DNA from: Stellaceae bacterium
Lineage (GTDB): Bacteria > Pseudomonadota > Alphaproteobacteria > ATCC43930 > CGMCC-115725
Direction of reading: 5' to 3'
Assembly: GCA_035604335.1 (NCBI GenBank)
Contig: DATNIT010000285.1
Span: forward strand, 1-64,000
Length of the DNA stretch: 64,000 nucleotides
The notes under the pieces are model-generated. The model was not told the origin of the DNA. It ran no database searches and saw only the letters and a list, made by a program, of their open reading frames with translations. The stretch's first letter is position 1, and each line of letters begins with the position of its first letter. The position numbers and the translations under genes were made by a program. This document shows positions 38,774 through 49,816 of the stretch, one piece after another.

Positions 38774-40861
38774 ATGAGCGTTGCCTATTCGCAGCAAGGC
38801 TCCGTCGCCGTTCTCACGATCGACAATCCGCCGGTGAATGCGCTGAGCGTTGCCGTGCGACAGGGCATGATCGACGGCATCGAGCGCGCCATCGCCGATC
38901 CCGCCGTCGCCGCCGTCGTCGTGATCGGCAAGGGCAAGACCTTCATCGCCGGCGCCGACATCCGCGAGTTCGGCAAGCCGCCGCAGCCGCCGCGCCTCAG
39001 CGTCGCCATCGCGGCGCTGGAAGCGAGCCCGAAGCCCGTGGTCGCCGCCATCGACGGCGTGGCGCTCGGCGGCGGGCTCGAGGTGGCGCTCGGCTGCCAC
39101 TTCCGCGTCGCGACGCCGCGCGCGCAAGTGGGCCTGCCCGAGGTCAAGATCGGCATCGTTCCCGGAGCCGGCGGCGTCGAGCGCCTGCCGCGCGTCGCCG
39201 GACTCGAGGCCGCGATCAAGATGATCGTCTCCGGCGATCCCGCGCGCGCGCCCCAGGCGGCAAAGCTCGGCATCGTCGACGCGGTCGTCGAAGGCGATCT
39301 CCTGACCGAGGCCGTCGCCTTTGCGCAGCGGGTGGTCGCGGAGAAAAAGCCGCTCCGGCGCCTGCGCGAGGTGCCGATCGAGACCGGCGGGAAGGATTGG
39401 CGGGCGCTGCTCGCCAGCGCACGCGCTACGGCGGCGAAGCAGACCCGCGGACAGATCTCGCCGCAGCGCGCGATCGACTGCATCGAGAACGCCCTCACCC
39501 TGCCCTTCGACAAGGCCTTCGCCGAGACCGCGCGCATCATCGGCGAGCTCATTCCGTCCGAGCAGGCGAAGGCGCTGCGCTATGCGTTCTTCAGCGAGCG
39601 CGAGGCGGCGAAGCTGCCCGACATCGATGCGAGCGTGCAAGCGAAGCCGCTCAACACCGCCGCGGTGATCGGCGCGGGCACCATGGGCGCGGGTATCGCC
39701 ATGTGCTTCGCCGACGCCGGCACTCCCGTACAGCTCCTCGAGAGCTCGGCCGCGGCGCTCGACAGGGGCCTCGCGCGCATCGACGGCCTCTACGCCGAGA
39801 TGGTTCAGAAGGGCCGTATCACGCCCGAGGACAAGGCGAAGCGCGTCGAACTTATCGCGAAGGCGACGAGCTACGACGCGATCGGGCAAGCCGATATCGT
39901 GATCGAGGCCGCCTTCGAGGAGATGGGCGTCAAGAAGGAGGTGTTCGCGAAGCTCGACCGCGCCATGAAGCCGGGCGCGGTGCTGGCGACCAACACCTCG
40001 ACCCTCGACGTGAACGAGATCGCGAGCGCCACCAAGCGGCCGGAAAGCGTGATCGGACTGCACTTCTTCAGCCCCGCGAACGTGATGCGGCTGCTGGAGA
40101 TCGTGCGGGGCGCCAAGACGGCGAAGGACGTGGTGGCGACCTCACAGGTCCTGGCGCGACGCATCGGCAAGGTCGGCGTGGTCTGCGGCGTCTGCCATGG
40201 GTTCGTTGCCAACCGGAGCCGCGGTCAGCTCACCCGCGAGGCCAACTTCCTGGTCGACGAAGGCGCGCTGCCACACCAGGTGGACAAGGTGCTCTACGAC
40301 TTCGGCATGCCCATGGGCCCGTTCGCGGTCGCTGACCTGGCGGGGATCGACGTCAGCTGGCGGGTGCGCCGCTCGCAGGACGCGACGCGGCCGAAGGATC
40401 TACGCTACTCCCCGACCGCCGACCGGGTTCACGATGCCGGCCGGCTCGGACAGAAGACCGCGAAGGGCTGGTATCGCTACGAGCCCGGCAATCGCGCGCC
40501 GCTGCCCGATCCCGAGGTCGAGGCCATCATCCTGCAGTCCTCGCGCGACCAGGGCATCACCCGGCGTCCGATCAGCGACGATGAGATCCTGGCGCGCTGC
40601 CTCTACGCCAGCATCAACGAGTGCGCCAAAATCCTGGAGGAGGGCATCGCGCTGCGCGCCAGCGATATCGACGTGATGTGGCTCTATGGCTTCGGCTTCC
40701 CTCGCTGGCGCGGCGGGCCGATGTACTATGCGGATACCGTCGGCGTGGCCAAAGTCTACGACGCCGTGCGCGAGTTCCATCGCCAGCACGGCAAGCTCTG
40801 GGAGCCTTCGCCGTTGCTGGCGAAGCTCGCGGAAAGCGGCAAGACCTTCACCGGTCGATAA
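38774..40861 (+). CDS. Multifunctional enoyl-CoA hydratase / 3-hydroxyacyl-CoA dehydrogenase (FadB/FadJ-like)
   Basis: N-terminal crotonase fold, central NAD-binding GAGTMGAGIA, C-terminal 3HCDH domains. Confidence 0.9.
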   Translation: MSVAYSQQGSVAVLTIDNPPVNALSVAVRQGMIDGIERAIADPAVAAVVVIGKGKTFIAGADIREFGKPPQPPRLSVAIAALEASPKPVVAAIDGVALGGGLEVALGCHFRVATPRAQVGLPEVKIGIVPGAGGVERLPRVAGLEAAIKMIVSGDPARAPQAAKLGIVDAVVEGDLLTEAVAFAQRVVAEKKPLRRLREVPIETGGKDWRALLASARATAAKQTRGQISPQRAIDCIENALTLPFDKAFAETARIIGELIPSEQAKALRYAFFSEREAAKLPDIDASVQAKPLNTAAVIGAGTMGAGIAMCFADAGTPVQLLESSAAALDRGLARIDGLYAEMVQKGRITPEDKAKRVELIAKATSYDAIGQADIVIEAAFEEMGVKKEVFAKLDRAMKPGAVLATNTSTLDVNEIASATKRPESVIGLHFFSPANVMRLLEIVRGAKTAKDVVATSQVLARRIGKVGVVCGVCHGFVANRSRGQLTREANFLVDEGALPHQVDKVLYDFGMPMGPFAVADLAGIDVSWRVRRSQDATRPKDLRYSPTADRVHDAGRLGQKTAKGWYRYEPGNRAPLPDPEVEAIILQSSRDQGITRRPISDDEILARCLYASINECAKILEEGIALRASDIDVMWLYGFGFPRWRGGPMYYADTVGVAKVYDAVREFHRQHGKLWEPSPLLAKLAESGKTFTGR

Positions 40862-40875
40862 AGGAGACCGCGGCC

Positions 40876-42075
<1,200 letters not shown>

Positions 42076-42080
42076 GCGCC

Positions 42081-43232
42081 ATGGATTTCGATCTCACGGA
42101 GGAGCAACGACTGCTGCAGGAGTCCGTCGGCAAGCTGATCGCCGACGAATACGATTTCGAGAAGCGCAAGGCCTATGCGAAGGAGCCCGCGGGCTACAGC
42201 GCCGAGCGTTGGACGCATTATGCGGAGCTGGGCCTCCTCGGCCTGCCGTTTTCCGAGCGCTTGGGCGGCAGCGGCGGAACGCCGGTCGAGACCATGATCG
42301 TGATGGAGGCGTTCGGCCGCGGGCTCGTGCTCGAGCCCTATCTCGCTACGGTGATCCTGGCGGGCGGCCTGCTGCGCCTCGCCGGCAGCCCGGCACAGCA
42401 ACAGCAGCTCATCCCCGAGATCGCCGCGGGCAAGCTGCGCCTGGCTTTCGCCTATGCCGAGCGGCAGTCGCGCTACGACCTCACCGATATCGCGATGACG
42501 GCCCGGGCCGCGGGCGGCAGCTATGTCCTCAGCGGCCAGAAGGGCGTCGTGCTCCACGGCGATAGCGCCGATCGCCTCATCGTGTCGGCGCGCACCGCCG
42601 GTGGCCAGCGAGACGCGGAAGGCGTGAGCCTGTTCCTGGTCGACCCTGGGGCGGAGGGCGTCTCGATCCAAGGGTATCCCACCGTCGACGGGTTGCGCGC
42701 CGCTGAGATCGGGTTTCGCGACGTCAAGCTCGGCCCCGATGCGCTCATAGGCACGAAGGACCAAGCGCTGCCGGCGATCTCGCGGGCGATCGACGGCGCG
42801 ATTGCGGCGGTCGCCGCCGAGGCCGTGGGCGCCATGACCGCGATGCACGAGCTCACCGTCGAGTACCTGAAAACCCGCAAGCAATTCGGCGTGGCCATTG
42901 GCTCATTCCAGGCCCTCCAGCATCGCGCGGTCGACATGCTGGTGGCGCTCGAGCAGGCCCGCAGCATGGCCTATCTCGCAACCATGATGGCGGAGTCCGA
43001 GGACAACGCGGAGCGGCGCCGGATGATCTCCGCGGCCAAGGTTCAGGTCGGCCGGTCCGCGCGCTTCGTCGGGCAACAGGCGATCCAGCTGCACGGCGGC
43101 ATCGGCATGACCGCGGAATACAAGGCCGGTCACTACTTCAAGCGCGTCAGCATGATCGACACGCTGTTCGGCGACGCCGACCATCACCTCGCGATCGTCG
43201 CGCGCGGCGGCGGGCTGATCGATCCGATTTGA
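42081..43232 (+). CDS. Acyl-CoA dehydrogenase family protein (PimD-like small subunit)
   Basis: ACAD fold; immediately follows the first ACAD. Confidence 0.75.
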   Translation: MDFDLTEEQRLLQESVGKLIADEYDFEKRKAYAKEPAGYSAERWTHYAELGLLGLPFSERLGGSGGTPVETMIVMEAFGRGLVLEPYLATVILAGGLLRLAGSPAQQQQLIPEIAAGKLRLAFAYAERQSRYDLTDIAMTARAAGGSYVLSGQKGVVLHGDSADRLIVSARTAGGQRDAEGVSLFLVDPGAEGVSIQGYPTVDGLRAAEIGFRDVKLGPDALIGTKDQALPAISRAIDGAIAAVAAEAVGAMTAMHELTVEYLKTRKQFGVAIGSFQALQHRAVDMLVALEQARSMAYLATMMAESEDNAERRRMISAAKVQVGRSARFVGQQAIQLHGGIGMTAEYKAGHYFKRVSMIDTLFGDADHHLAIVARGGGLIDPI

Positions 43233-43496
43233 ATGGGTTGGCCGCGTGCGTTAGCGTACCGCTCGCGCGACGATTGTGATCCGCCCACGCACATTGACGC
43301 AAAGAGTGCACGCTCCGCACTCGAAAATGTAACGCCCGCCCCCAACACTCACTTGCGTGCCGAGAAGGCGGGGAGCCCGCCCTCGGAATGAGTCTCTGTC
43401 TGTATCCTCGCGCATCGGACAGCGGTGGTCGGAGCCAGATCCGCCATGGCTCCCACGACGGCGCGCGGAGACACACCTCAGGAGGACGTGATCTCG

Positions 43497-44519
43497 ATGA
43501 CCAAAATGCGCGCGGTTCAGATCGTAGACAAAGGAGGCCCGTTCGAATTGATCGAGCGGGAGGTGCCGACGCCACGTGCCGGCGAGGTGCGCGTGCGGGT
43601 ACAGGCGTGCGGTGTCTGCCACAGCGATGTGCTCGCCAAGGATGGCCTGTTTCCCGGGATTCGCTATCCGATCGTTCCCGGGCACGAGATCGCGGGCGTC
43701 ATCGACGCGGTCGGACCCCAGGTGCCGCGGCAATGGGCTGTCGGCCGGCGTGTCGGCGTCGGCTGGTTCGGCGGTCACTGCGGCTACTGCGAGCCCTGCC
43801 GCCGCGGCGACATGATCGATTGCCGCAATCTCAAGATTCCGGGCTTGACCTATGACGGCGGCTACGCCGAGGCGATGATCGCGCCCTTCGCCGCTCTGGC
43901 CGCCATCCCGGATGACCTCGACGCCGAGAACGCGGCGCCGCTGCTTTGCGCTGGCGTCACCACCTTCAACGCCTTGCGCCGGAGCGGCGCCGGGCCCGGC
44001 GATCTCGTCGCGATTCTCGGCATCGGTGGCCTCGGGCACCTCGGGGTGCAGTTCGCGACGCGCATGGGGTTTCGCGTGGCCGCGATCGGACGCGGCCGGG
44101 ATAAGGCCGATATGGCGCGTGAGCTCGGCGCCCACGCCTACATCGACAGCGGCACCGAGAACGTCGCCCAAGCGCTGCAGGCGCTGGGCGGCGCTCGCGT
44201 GGCCCTCGCGACCATCCCGAATGGCCCCGCCATGAGCGCCGTCATCGACGGGCTCAGCGCGCGCGGAACGCTGATCGTCGTCGGCGTCTCCGCCGAGCCG
44301 ATCCAAGTGGCGCCGTTGCAGCTGATCGGCGGCAGCCGCTCCATCACCGGACATGCGTCCGGAACCTCGCTGGATTCCGAGGACACCCTGCGCTTTTCGG
44401 CGCTCTCGGGAGCCCGGCCCATGATCGAGACCCTGCCGCTCGAGCGCGCCGCCGAGGCCTACGAGCGGATGATCACTGGCAAGGCTCGGTTCCGCATGGT
44501 GCTGGTCACTGGGCTCTGA
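43497..44519 (+). CDS. Zn-dependent alcohol dehydrogenase
   Basis: CGVCHSD, GHEIAGV, C-x2-C-x2-C-x7-C (CGYCEPCRRGDMIDC), GIGGLGH. Confidence 0.85.
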   Translation: MTKMRAVQIVDKGGPFELIEREVPTPRAGEVRVRVQACGVCHSDVLAKDGLFPGIRYPIVPGHEIAGVIDAVGPQVPRQWAVGRRVGVGWFGGHCGYCEPCRRGDMIDCRNLKIPGLTYDGGYAEAMIAPFAALAAIPDDLDAENAAPLLCAGVTTFNALRRSGAGPGDLVAILGIGGLGHLGVQFATRMGFRVAAIGRGRDKADMARELGAHAYIDSGTENVAQALQALGGARVALATIPNGPAMSAVIDGLSARGTLIVVGVSAEPIQVAPLQLIGGSRSITGHASGTSLDSEDTLRFSALSGARPMIETLPLERAAEAYERMITGKARFRMVLVTGL

Positions 44520-44539
44520 CATTCCAAGGAGAGTCACAG

Positions 44540-45073
44540 ATGAGCAAGAGAACGATCGCAGCTATTGTGGTCATCGCCGGATTGTCCGCCGTCGCCGGCA
44601 GCATGGCTCTCGCCGCACAGGACAGGTACACGGTGAAAGTGCCGAATGGGCTCGCGTTCTCCGAGTTCAAGGGATACGACGGCTGGCGGGTCGTGGCCGT
44701 CAGTCAGACCGGAGACAAGATCGAGGTGATCGTGGGCAATCCCGCGATGATCGAGGCGTACCGGGCCGGCATTCCCGGCAACGGCAAGCATTTCCCCGAC
44801 GGCGCCAAGATGGCGAAGATCCATTGGAACGCGAAAAAGAGCGCGGAGGCGCCCTCTCCGACCACGGTGCCGGACACCCTGCATGACATCGACTTCATGG
44901 CGAAGGACAGCAAAAGGTTCGCGGACAGCGGCGGATGGGGATGGGCCCAGTTCAACTATGACACGACGTCCGACACGTTCACGCCCGAGGGGACCGGCGC
45001 CAAATGCGGCTTCTCGTGCCATACGATCGCGGCGGCAAAGGACTACGTCTTTACCGCATACCCGAAGCGATAA
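44540..45073 (+). CDS. Periplasmic cytochrome P460-family-like protein with CX3CH motif
   Basis: Signal peptide MSKRTIAAIVVIAGLSAVAGSMALA. Conserved lysine-rich core (HFPDGAKMAKIHWNAKKS). C-terminal CGFSCH followed by DYVF, as in P460/cytochrome c-prime-beta family members. The family call is from memory. Confidence 0.45.
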   Translation: MSKRTIAAIVVIAGLSAVAGSMALAAQDRYTVKVPNGLAFSEFKGYDGWRVVAVSQTGDKIEVIVGNPAMIEAYRAGIPGNGKHFPDGAKMAKIHWNAKKSAEAPSPTTVPDTLHDIDFMAKDSKRFADSGGWGWAQFNYDTTSDTFTPEGTGAKCGFSCHTIAAAKDYVFTAYPKR

Positions 45074-45076
45074 GGG

Positions 45077-45589
45077 CTAGCCCGGATAGATAAAGCCGGC
45101 CACAGGATAGGCGCGGCCGAAGGCGCGAAACTCGCTGTTCCAGACGCAGACCGACGACCAATCGCGGTGGGGCGAGCAATCGACCGCCTCGACGCCGCGA
45201 CGAATGCGGCCGTCGCCGCCTCCGGTCGCGGACCAGTTGGCATGATCGATAAGAACAGTGTCGTCGTCGATCACGCGGGATACCAGGGCAACGTGACCGG
45301 CCGGCATGCTGCGCGTGCGCTCGAACACCAGGACCGCGCCCGCGCGCGGCTCGTTGCCGCGCGGGTAGACGCCGGCGGCATGGTCCCACCAGGACCACGC
45401 GTTTCCGGACAATCCGAAGGTCGACGACGACTTAACGTATTGGACGCAGTCGATCGCCAACGCATGAGACGCCATTGCGAGGCTGACGCCCGCAAAAAGC
45501 GCGACAAACACTCTCCCCTGCCGCAAGCAACCCCCGCGTTTCTCAACGGCCCGAATGGTTAATTTCCCAAAACGGGATGGACTTGGCAA
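45077..45589 (-). CDS. CHAP-domain (cysteine/histidine-dependent amidohydrolase/peptidase) protein, secreted
   Basis: Signal peptide; CVQYVK...AWSWWDHA...GAVLVF...GHVALV CHAP motifs. TTG start in the track. Confidence 0.7.
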   Translation of the reverse strand: MPSPSRFGKLTIRAVEKRGGCLRQGRVFVALFAGVSLAMASHALAIDCVQYVKSSSTFGLSGNAWSWWDHAAGVYPRGNEPRAGAVLVFERTRSMPAGHVALVSRVIDDDTVLIDHANWSATGGGDGRIRRGVEAVDCSPHRDWSSVCVWNSEFRAFGRAYPVAGFIYPG

Positions 45590-45655
45590 TCCTCCTTGCG
45601 AGTGACAGAGCCGAGTCGAAGGTGATCAGTCTGTGAGCAGGGCGCGCGACTCCGC

Positions 45656-46387
45656 TCAGATATGAGTGAGGATCTTGCTGAGGAAGGCTTGCGCGCGCGG
45701 GTCCCTGGCCTGCGTGAAGAACGCCTCGGGGACGGCGTCCTCGACGATGCGGCCCTGATCCATGAACACCACGCGATGCGCGACGCGGCGGGCGAAGCCC
45801 ATCTCGTGCGTCACCACGACCATGGTCATGCCTTCTTTCGCAAGGGCCACCATGACCTCGAGCACCTCGCGAATCATCTCGGGATCGAGTGCCGAGGTCG
45901 GCTCGTCGAACAACATGATCTTGGGCTGCATCGCCAAGGCTCGCGCGATCGCGACGCGCTGCTGCTGTCCGCCGGATAGCTGGCTCGGATACGCCGTCTC
46001 TTTCTCGGGAATGCCGACTTTTGCCAGCAGGTCGCGAGCGATTCCGGCGGCCAGATCCTTCGATAGACCGCGAACCTTCATCGGCGCCAGGATCAGATTC
46101 TCCAGCACCCGCAGATGGGGATAGAGGTTGAACTGCTGGAACACCATGCCGATCTCGGCGCGGATCCTGGCGATGTCCGGTGTCGCGTCGTCGACGCGGG
46201 TCCCATCGACCGTGATCTCGCCGCGGTCGACCCGCTCGAGCCGGTTGATACACCGCAGCAGCGTGCTCTTGCCGGAACCGCTGGGACCGCAGATCACCAC
46301 GACCTCGCCGGGCTCGACGCGGACGCTGATGTCGTCGAGGACGTGCAGCGGACCGAAGAACTTGTGAACGCTCTTGAAGACGATCAT
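45656..46387 (-). CDS. Polar-amino-acid-type ABC transporter ATP-binding protein (GlnQ/HisP-like); orphan with no permease or substrate-binding gene adjacent
   Basis: Walker [25 protein letters not shown], 243 aa. Confidence 0.85.
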   Translation of the reverse strand: MIVFKSVHKFFGPLHVLDDISVRVEPGEVVVICGPSGSGKSTLLRCINRLERVDRGEITVDGTRVDDATPDIARIRAEIGMVFQQFNLYPHLRVLENLILAPMKVRGLSKDLAAGIARDLLAKVGIPEKETAYPSQLSGGQQQRVAIARALAMQPKIMLFDEPTSALDPEMIREVLEVMVALAKEGMTMVVVTHEMGFARRVAHRVVFMDQGRIVEDAVPEAFFTQARDPRAQAFLSKILTHI

Positions 46388-46426
46388 GCCGTCCCGGCCA
46401 ACGCCCCGGGGATCTTCGAACGAATC

Positions 46427-47290
46427 TCAGGCTCGTCCCGCCGTCCGCCGGCCGAGCTCGAGCGCCCCGAAGGACCGCACCGGCGCGGGCATCAGCCAGC
46501 GGAAACCCTGCTGGATCAGTCCCTCGGCGTTCTTGCTGTCGACGTGCGGATGGCCGCAGGGCACGTTGTATTGCTTGCAGATCGCGAGGATATCGTTGAT
46601 CGCCGCCGCCACGGTCGGATGCTCGTATTGCCGGGGGTGCCCGAGGTCCTGCGAGAGATCGCCCTCGCCGATCAGCACCACGCCGATCCCCGGCACCTGC
46701 TCCAGCATCTTCGGCAGGTTTTTGATCGCGCGCGCCTCCTCGCACATGATCACCACGAGGATCTCGCCCTTCGGGTTGAGCGGCCAGACGTCGGCACGGG
46801 CGTAATATTCCTGCTGCGTCAGTCCCCAGTAGCGCGCGGCATGGCGGGGCGCGTCGCCGCGCTGTCCCGCGGGCTCGAAATGGGCGGCAGAGGGCGGCCG
46901 CGGATAACGGCAGGCGGCGACCGCGTTGCGCGCATCCTCGACGGTGCTGACATGCGGCCAGACGACGCCGTAGACGCCGACGTCCAGTACCTGCTTCGCC
47001 GTCCACTGGTTGAGCTCGCCGCCATTGGGCGGAATGCGCACGAAGGGCGCCACCAGCGGTGCGATGCTGCCGGATTTCGCGATCTCCTGCCGATCCAGCA
47101 TGTATTGCATGCAATCGCGGAGCGCCTTGATGTCGTAGGGATTGTGCTCCATCTCGAACACGACGGCATCGTAGGGCGCCGCCCCGATCGCCTGCGCCGC
47201 CTCGATCTCCGCTGTCGAAAACGTGGCGAAGGTGGGCTTGCCGCTCTCGAGCGCCTTGATGGCGGGATTCAAACGAGGACTATCGGCCAC
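46427..47290 (-). CDS. HpcH/HpaI-family 2-keto-3-deoxy-acid aldolase
   Basis: (beta/alpha)8 aldolase motifs: FVRIP..DVGVYGVVWPHV, GEGDLSQDLG. Confidence 0.7.
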   Translation of the reverse strand: MADSPRLNPAIKALESGKPTFATFSTAEIEAAQAIGAAPYDAVVFEMEHNPYDIKALRDCMQYMLDRQEIAKSGSIAPLVAPFVRIPPNGGELNQWTAKQVLDVGVYGVVWPHVSTVEDARNAVAACRYPRPPSAAHFEPAGQRGDAPRHAARYWGLTQQEYYARADVWPLNPKGEILVVIMCEEARAIKNLPKMLEQVPGIGVVLIGEGDLSQDLGHPRQYEHPTVAAAINDILAICKQYNVPCGHPHVDSKNAEGLIQQGFRWLMPAPVRSFGALELGRRTAGRA

Positions 47291-47306
47291 TGAGGACTCC
47301 CTCTTT

Positions 47307-48260
47307 CTAAGATGACAGCGTGCCGGGATCGAAGATCTCCTCGGCCCGGTAAATCCTTGGCGTCAGCTTCTGCTCCGCCGCAAACCGCAGGAGCATGTCG
47401 ATCCCGGCGCGATTGCGCGCCATGCCGTAGGGCAGAGTATCGTCGCCGACCAGCGCCCGCAGCCGCGCCTGGGCGCTGCCTGCCGCCGGGGCCGGCGCTT
47501 GCGCGCGCGCGCGCTCCTTCGCGGCGGTAAACAGGGACAGCAGCTCGGCGCCGAGCCAGGGATGCTCGCGGAGCAAGCTCGTCTTGACGGAGACCACGTG
47601 GTTGACGGGATAGACGCCGGTCTTGCGATACCACGCGGCCTCCGCCGTCTCGGCGTCAGGGATCACGGTCCTGACCTCCTTGGGATCGGCCGCCGGCCGC
47701 AGTGCGATGGCGGCGTCGATCTCGCCCGCCAGCAACATGCCGCGGAGCGTCTTGCCGGCTGCCGCGCGCACCACCTGCGGGGGATCCTGGTACTCCGCGA
47801 CGTGCGCATCCTCCTCGGTCACCGTGGTCATGGACCCGGGGTCGATGCCGTAGTCGGCTTTCAGGATGCCGCGGATCCAGACGCCGGTGGTCTGGGACCA
47901 CGCGCGCACGCCGACTTTCCGGCCCACGAGGTCGGCCGGCCCGCGAATGGTCGACGCATGCGTGCAGACGATGGCGCGGTGATGGAAGCCGCGCGACAGC
48001 ACGATCGGCAATGCGGTGATCGGCTTCTGGAAGGCGTGCGCGAGGGCGTGGGTCGTGATCGCCATCTCGCTCATGTCGAACTCGAGATTCCGGGCCATGC
48101 GCCGGAACGCCCGGGTGATCGGCTCGATCTCGACGAAATCGAACCTCACACGCTCCGAGCGGACCGACCCATCCTTGAGCGCTCGCACGTGATCATAAGG
48201 GCCGATCGCGGTGCGCAGCGTGACTGGGGTGGTCATCGACGCAGATCCTCCCTCGGCCAT
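47307..48260 (-). CDS. NMT1/THI5-like cytoplasmic protein (ABC substrate-binding-like fold; 4,5-dihydroxyphthalate-decarboxylase-like)
   Basis: No signal peptide; LRTAIGPYDHVRALKDG N-terminal pattern. Confidence 0.5.
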   Translation of the reverse strand: MAEGGSASMTTPVTLRTAIGPYDHVRALKDGSVRSERVRFDFVEIEPITRAFRRMARNLEFDMSEMAITTHALAHAFQKPITALPIVLSRGFHHRAIVCTHASTIRGPADLVGRKVGVRAWSQTTGVWIRGILKADYGIDPGSMTTVTEEDAHVAEYQDPPQVVRAAAGKTLRGMLLAGEIDAAIALRPAADPKEVRTVIPDAETAEAAWYRKTGVYPVNHVVSVKTSLLREHPWLGAELLSLFTAAKERARAQAPAPAAGSAQARLRALVGDDTLPYGMARNRAGIDMLLRFAAEQKLTPRIYRAEEIFDPGTLSS

Positions 48261-48375
48261 CGAACGCGGCCCGGCGCCTTGACACGATCATTTGTAGCAC
48301 CACACAGTCGCGGTATTCATCCGCCAAAGTAGCCGGTAATTTTCCAATGCCAAGAATCACCGAGCCACACTCCTC

Positions 48376-49542
48376 TTGGCGCCAATCGGCAAGGAGAGCG
48401 CCCTGGTCAAGGTATCTCAGGCGGTCGAGCGGCTCAGCCAGTCCCAGCGCGCGAGGACGCTGTCCCGGCCATCGTCGGACGTGATTTCGCTGGCGAGCGG
48501 CGACCCCAGCTTCGACACGCCCGACCATATCCGCCAGGCCGGCATCACCGCGATCCGAACCGGACAAACGCACTATTCCGCACCCATGGGCGAGACGGAT
48601 CTCAGGCGCGCGGTCGCGAGTTATCTCTCTACCCTGGGCGGCGGCGACTTCGAGGCCGACCATGTGCTGATCACCAACGGCGCCGCATCCGGTATCTACG
48701 CCAGCATGCTCGCCTATCTCGATCCCGGCGACGAGGTGTTGCTGCACGATCCCTGCTACTCCCTCTATTGGGACGTCGCGCGCTCCGCCGGCGCGGCTCC
48801 GGTCTTCGTTCCTTGGACAGACAAGCTGCGCCTCGACATGGACGCGCTCGAGCGGGCAGTGACGCCGCGCACGCGCATGCTGGTGCTGAACAACCCGGCG
48901 AACCCCACGGGCATCGTGTTCACCGAGGCGGAGATGCGCGCCGTGGCCGATTTCGTGCGGCGCCACGACCTCCTGCTGATCGCCGACGAGGCCTACGATC
49001 ACCTGGTCTTCGACGGCCGGCCGATGATCTCCGCGGCGCGCTTCGAGGCGCTGGCGGACCGCACCATCGTGATCAACACCTGCTCGAAGACCTTCGCGAT
49101 GACGGGTTGGCGCATCGGCTATGTCGCGGCGCGCGAGGGTCTCTTGAAAGCGGTGGCGGTGATCCACCGCACGTCCGTTGGATTTGTGAATACCATCGGC
49201 CAACGCGCGGCGGTCAGCGCATTCGCTACGCAGACAAACTGGCCCGGCCAGATGCTCGACGAGTACGCGCGCCGGCGCGCCTTGATGTGCGATTTGGTGA
49301 ACGCGATGCCGGGCTTGCATTGCGAGAAGCCCGAGGGTGCGTTCTACGTGTTCGTGCGCGTGGAGGCACCGGTGAGCTCCGAAGCACTGACGGAGCATTG
49401 CCTCAAGCATGGCGTCGCCGTCCGGAGCGGCACCGAATTCGGTGCGCGTGGAGAGGGTTTCATCCGCCTCACCTTTGCCGGCGAGCCTGCCCAATTCCAA
49501 CCCGGGCTCGAGCGCCTGGCGAAGGCGATGCGAGCGCTTTGA
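48376..49542 (+). CDS. Class I/II PLP-dependent aminotransferase (aspartate aminotransferase family)
   Basis: LNNPANPTG, CSKTFAMTGWRIGY. Confidence 0.85.
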   Translation: MAPIGKESALVKVSQAVERLSQSQRARTLSRPSSDVISLASGDPSFDTPDHIRQAGITAIRTGQTHYSAPMGETDLRRAVASYLSTLGGGDFEADHVLITNGAASGIYASMLAYLDPGDEVLLHDPCYSLYWDVARSAGAAPVFVPWTDKLRLDMDALERAVTPRTRMLVLNNPANPTGIVFTEAEMRAVADFVRRHDLLLIADEAYDHLVFDGRPMISAARFEALADRTIVINTCSKTFAMTGWRIGYVAAREGLLKAVAVIHRTSVGFVNTIGQRAAVSAFATQTNWPGQMLDEYARRRALMCDLVNAMPGLHCEKPEGAFYVFVRVEAPVSSEALTEHCLKHGVAVRSGTEFGARGEGFIRLTFAGEPAQFQPGLERLAKAMRAL

Positions 49543-49656
49543 GCGCGCCGCTGACCAACAAATAGGCAGCCGGGTCGCTTTCAATTCTTCTGCTCAGGCG
49601 GAAGGCCCCCTCACCCAGCTCCGGCTAAGCTCGCTGCGCTCGCCAAGCCTGCGCAA

Positions 49657-49679
49657 CCCTCTCCCCGTCGGGGAGAGGG
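49657..49679. repeat. REP-like perfect hairpin CCCTCTCCCC-gtc-GGGGAGAGGG
   Basis: 10-bp perfect stem; same arms as the 5053-5076 element. Confidence 0.65.
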
Positions 49680-49746
49680 AGGGGTGAGCGAGTAAGAATG
49701 GCATCTAGCTGCGCTCTGGTCCCAGCGACCAGCGCACCCCTTGGGC

Positions 49747-49762
49747 TGGCCCGGATCTTGCG
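49747..49762 (+). promoter_or_regulatory. Sigma54-type promoter (TGGC-N8-TTGC; GG-N10-GC) about 56 nt upstream of urtA
   Basis: TGGCCCGGATCTTGCG matches -24/-12 spacing; urea transport operons are classically NtrC/sigma54-controlled. Confidence 0.45.
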
Positions 49763-49816
49763 TTGCTGGCTCCGGGGACCGGACGCAGTCACCAGAAAGT
49801 AACGAGGAGGCTTCGG

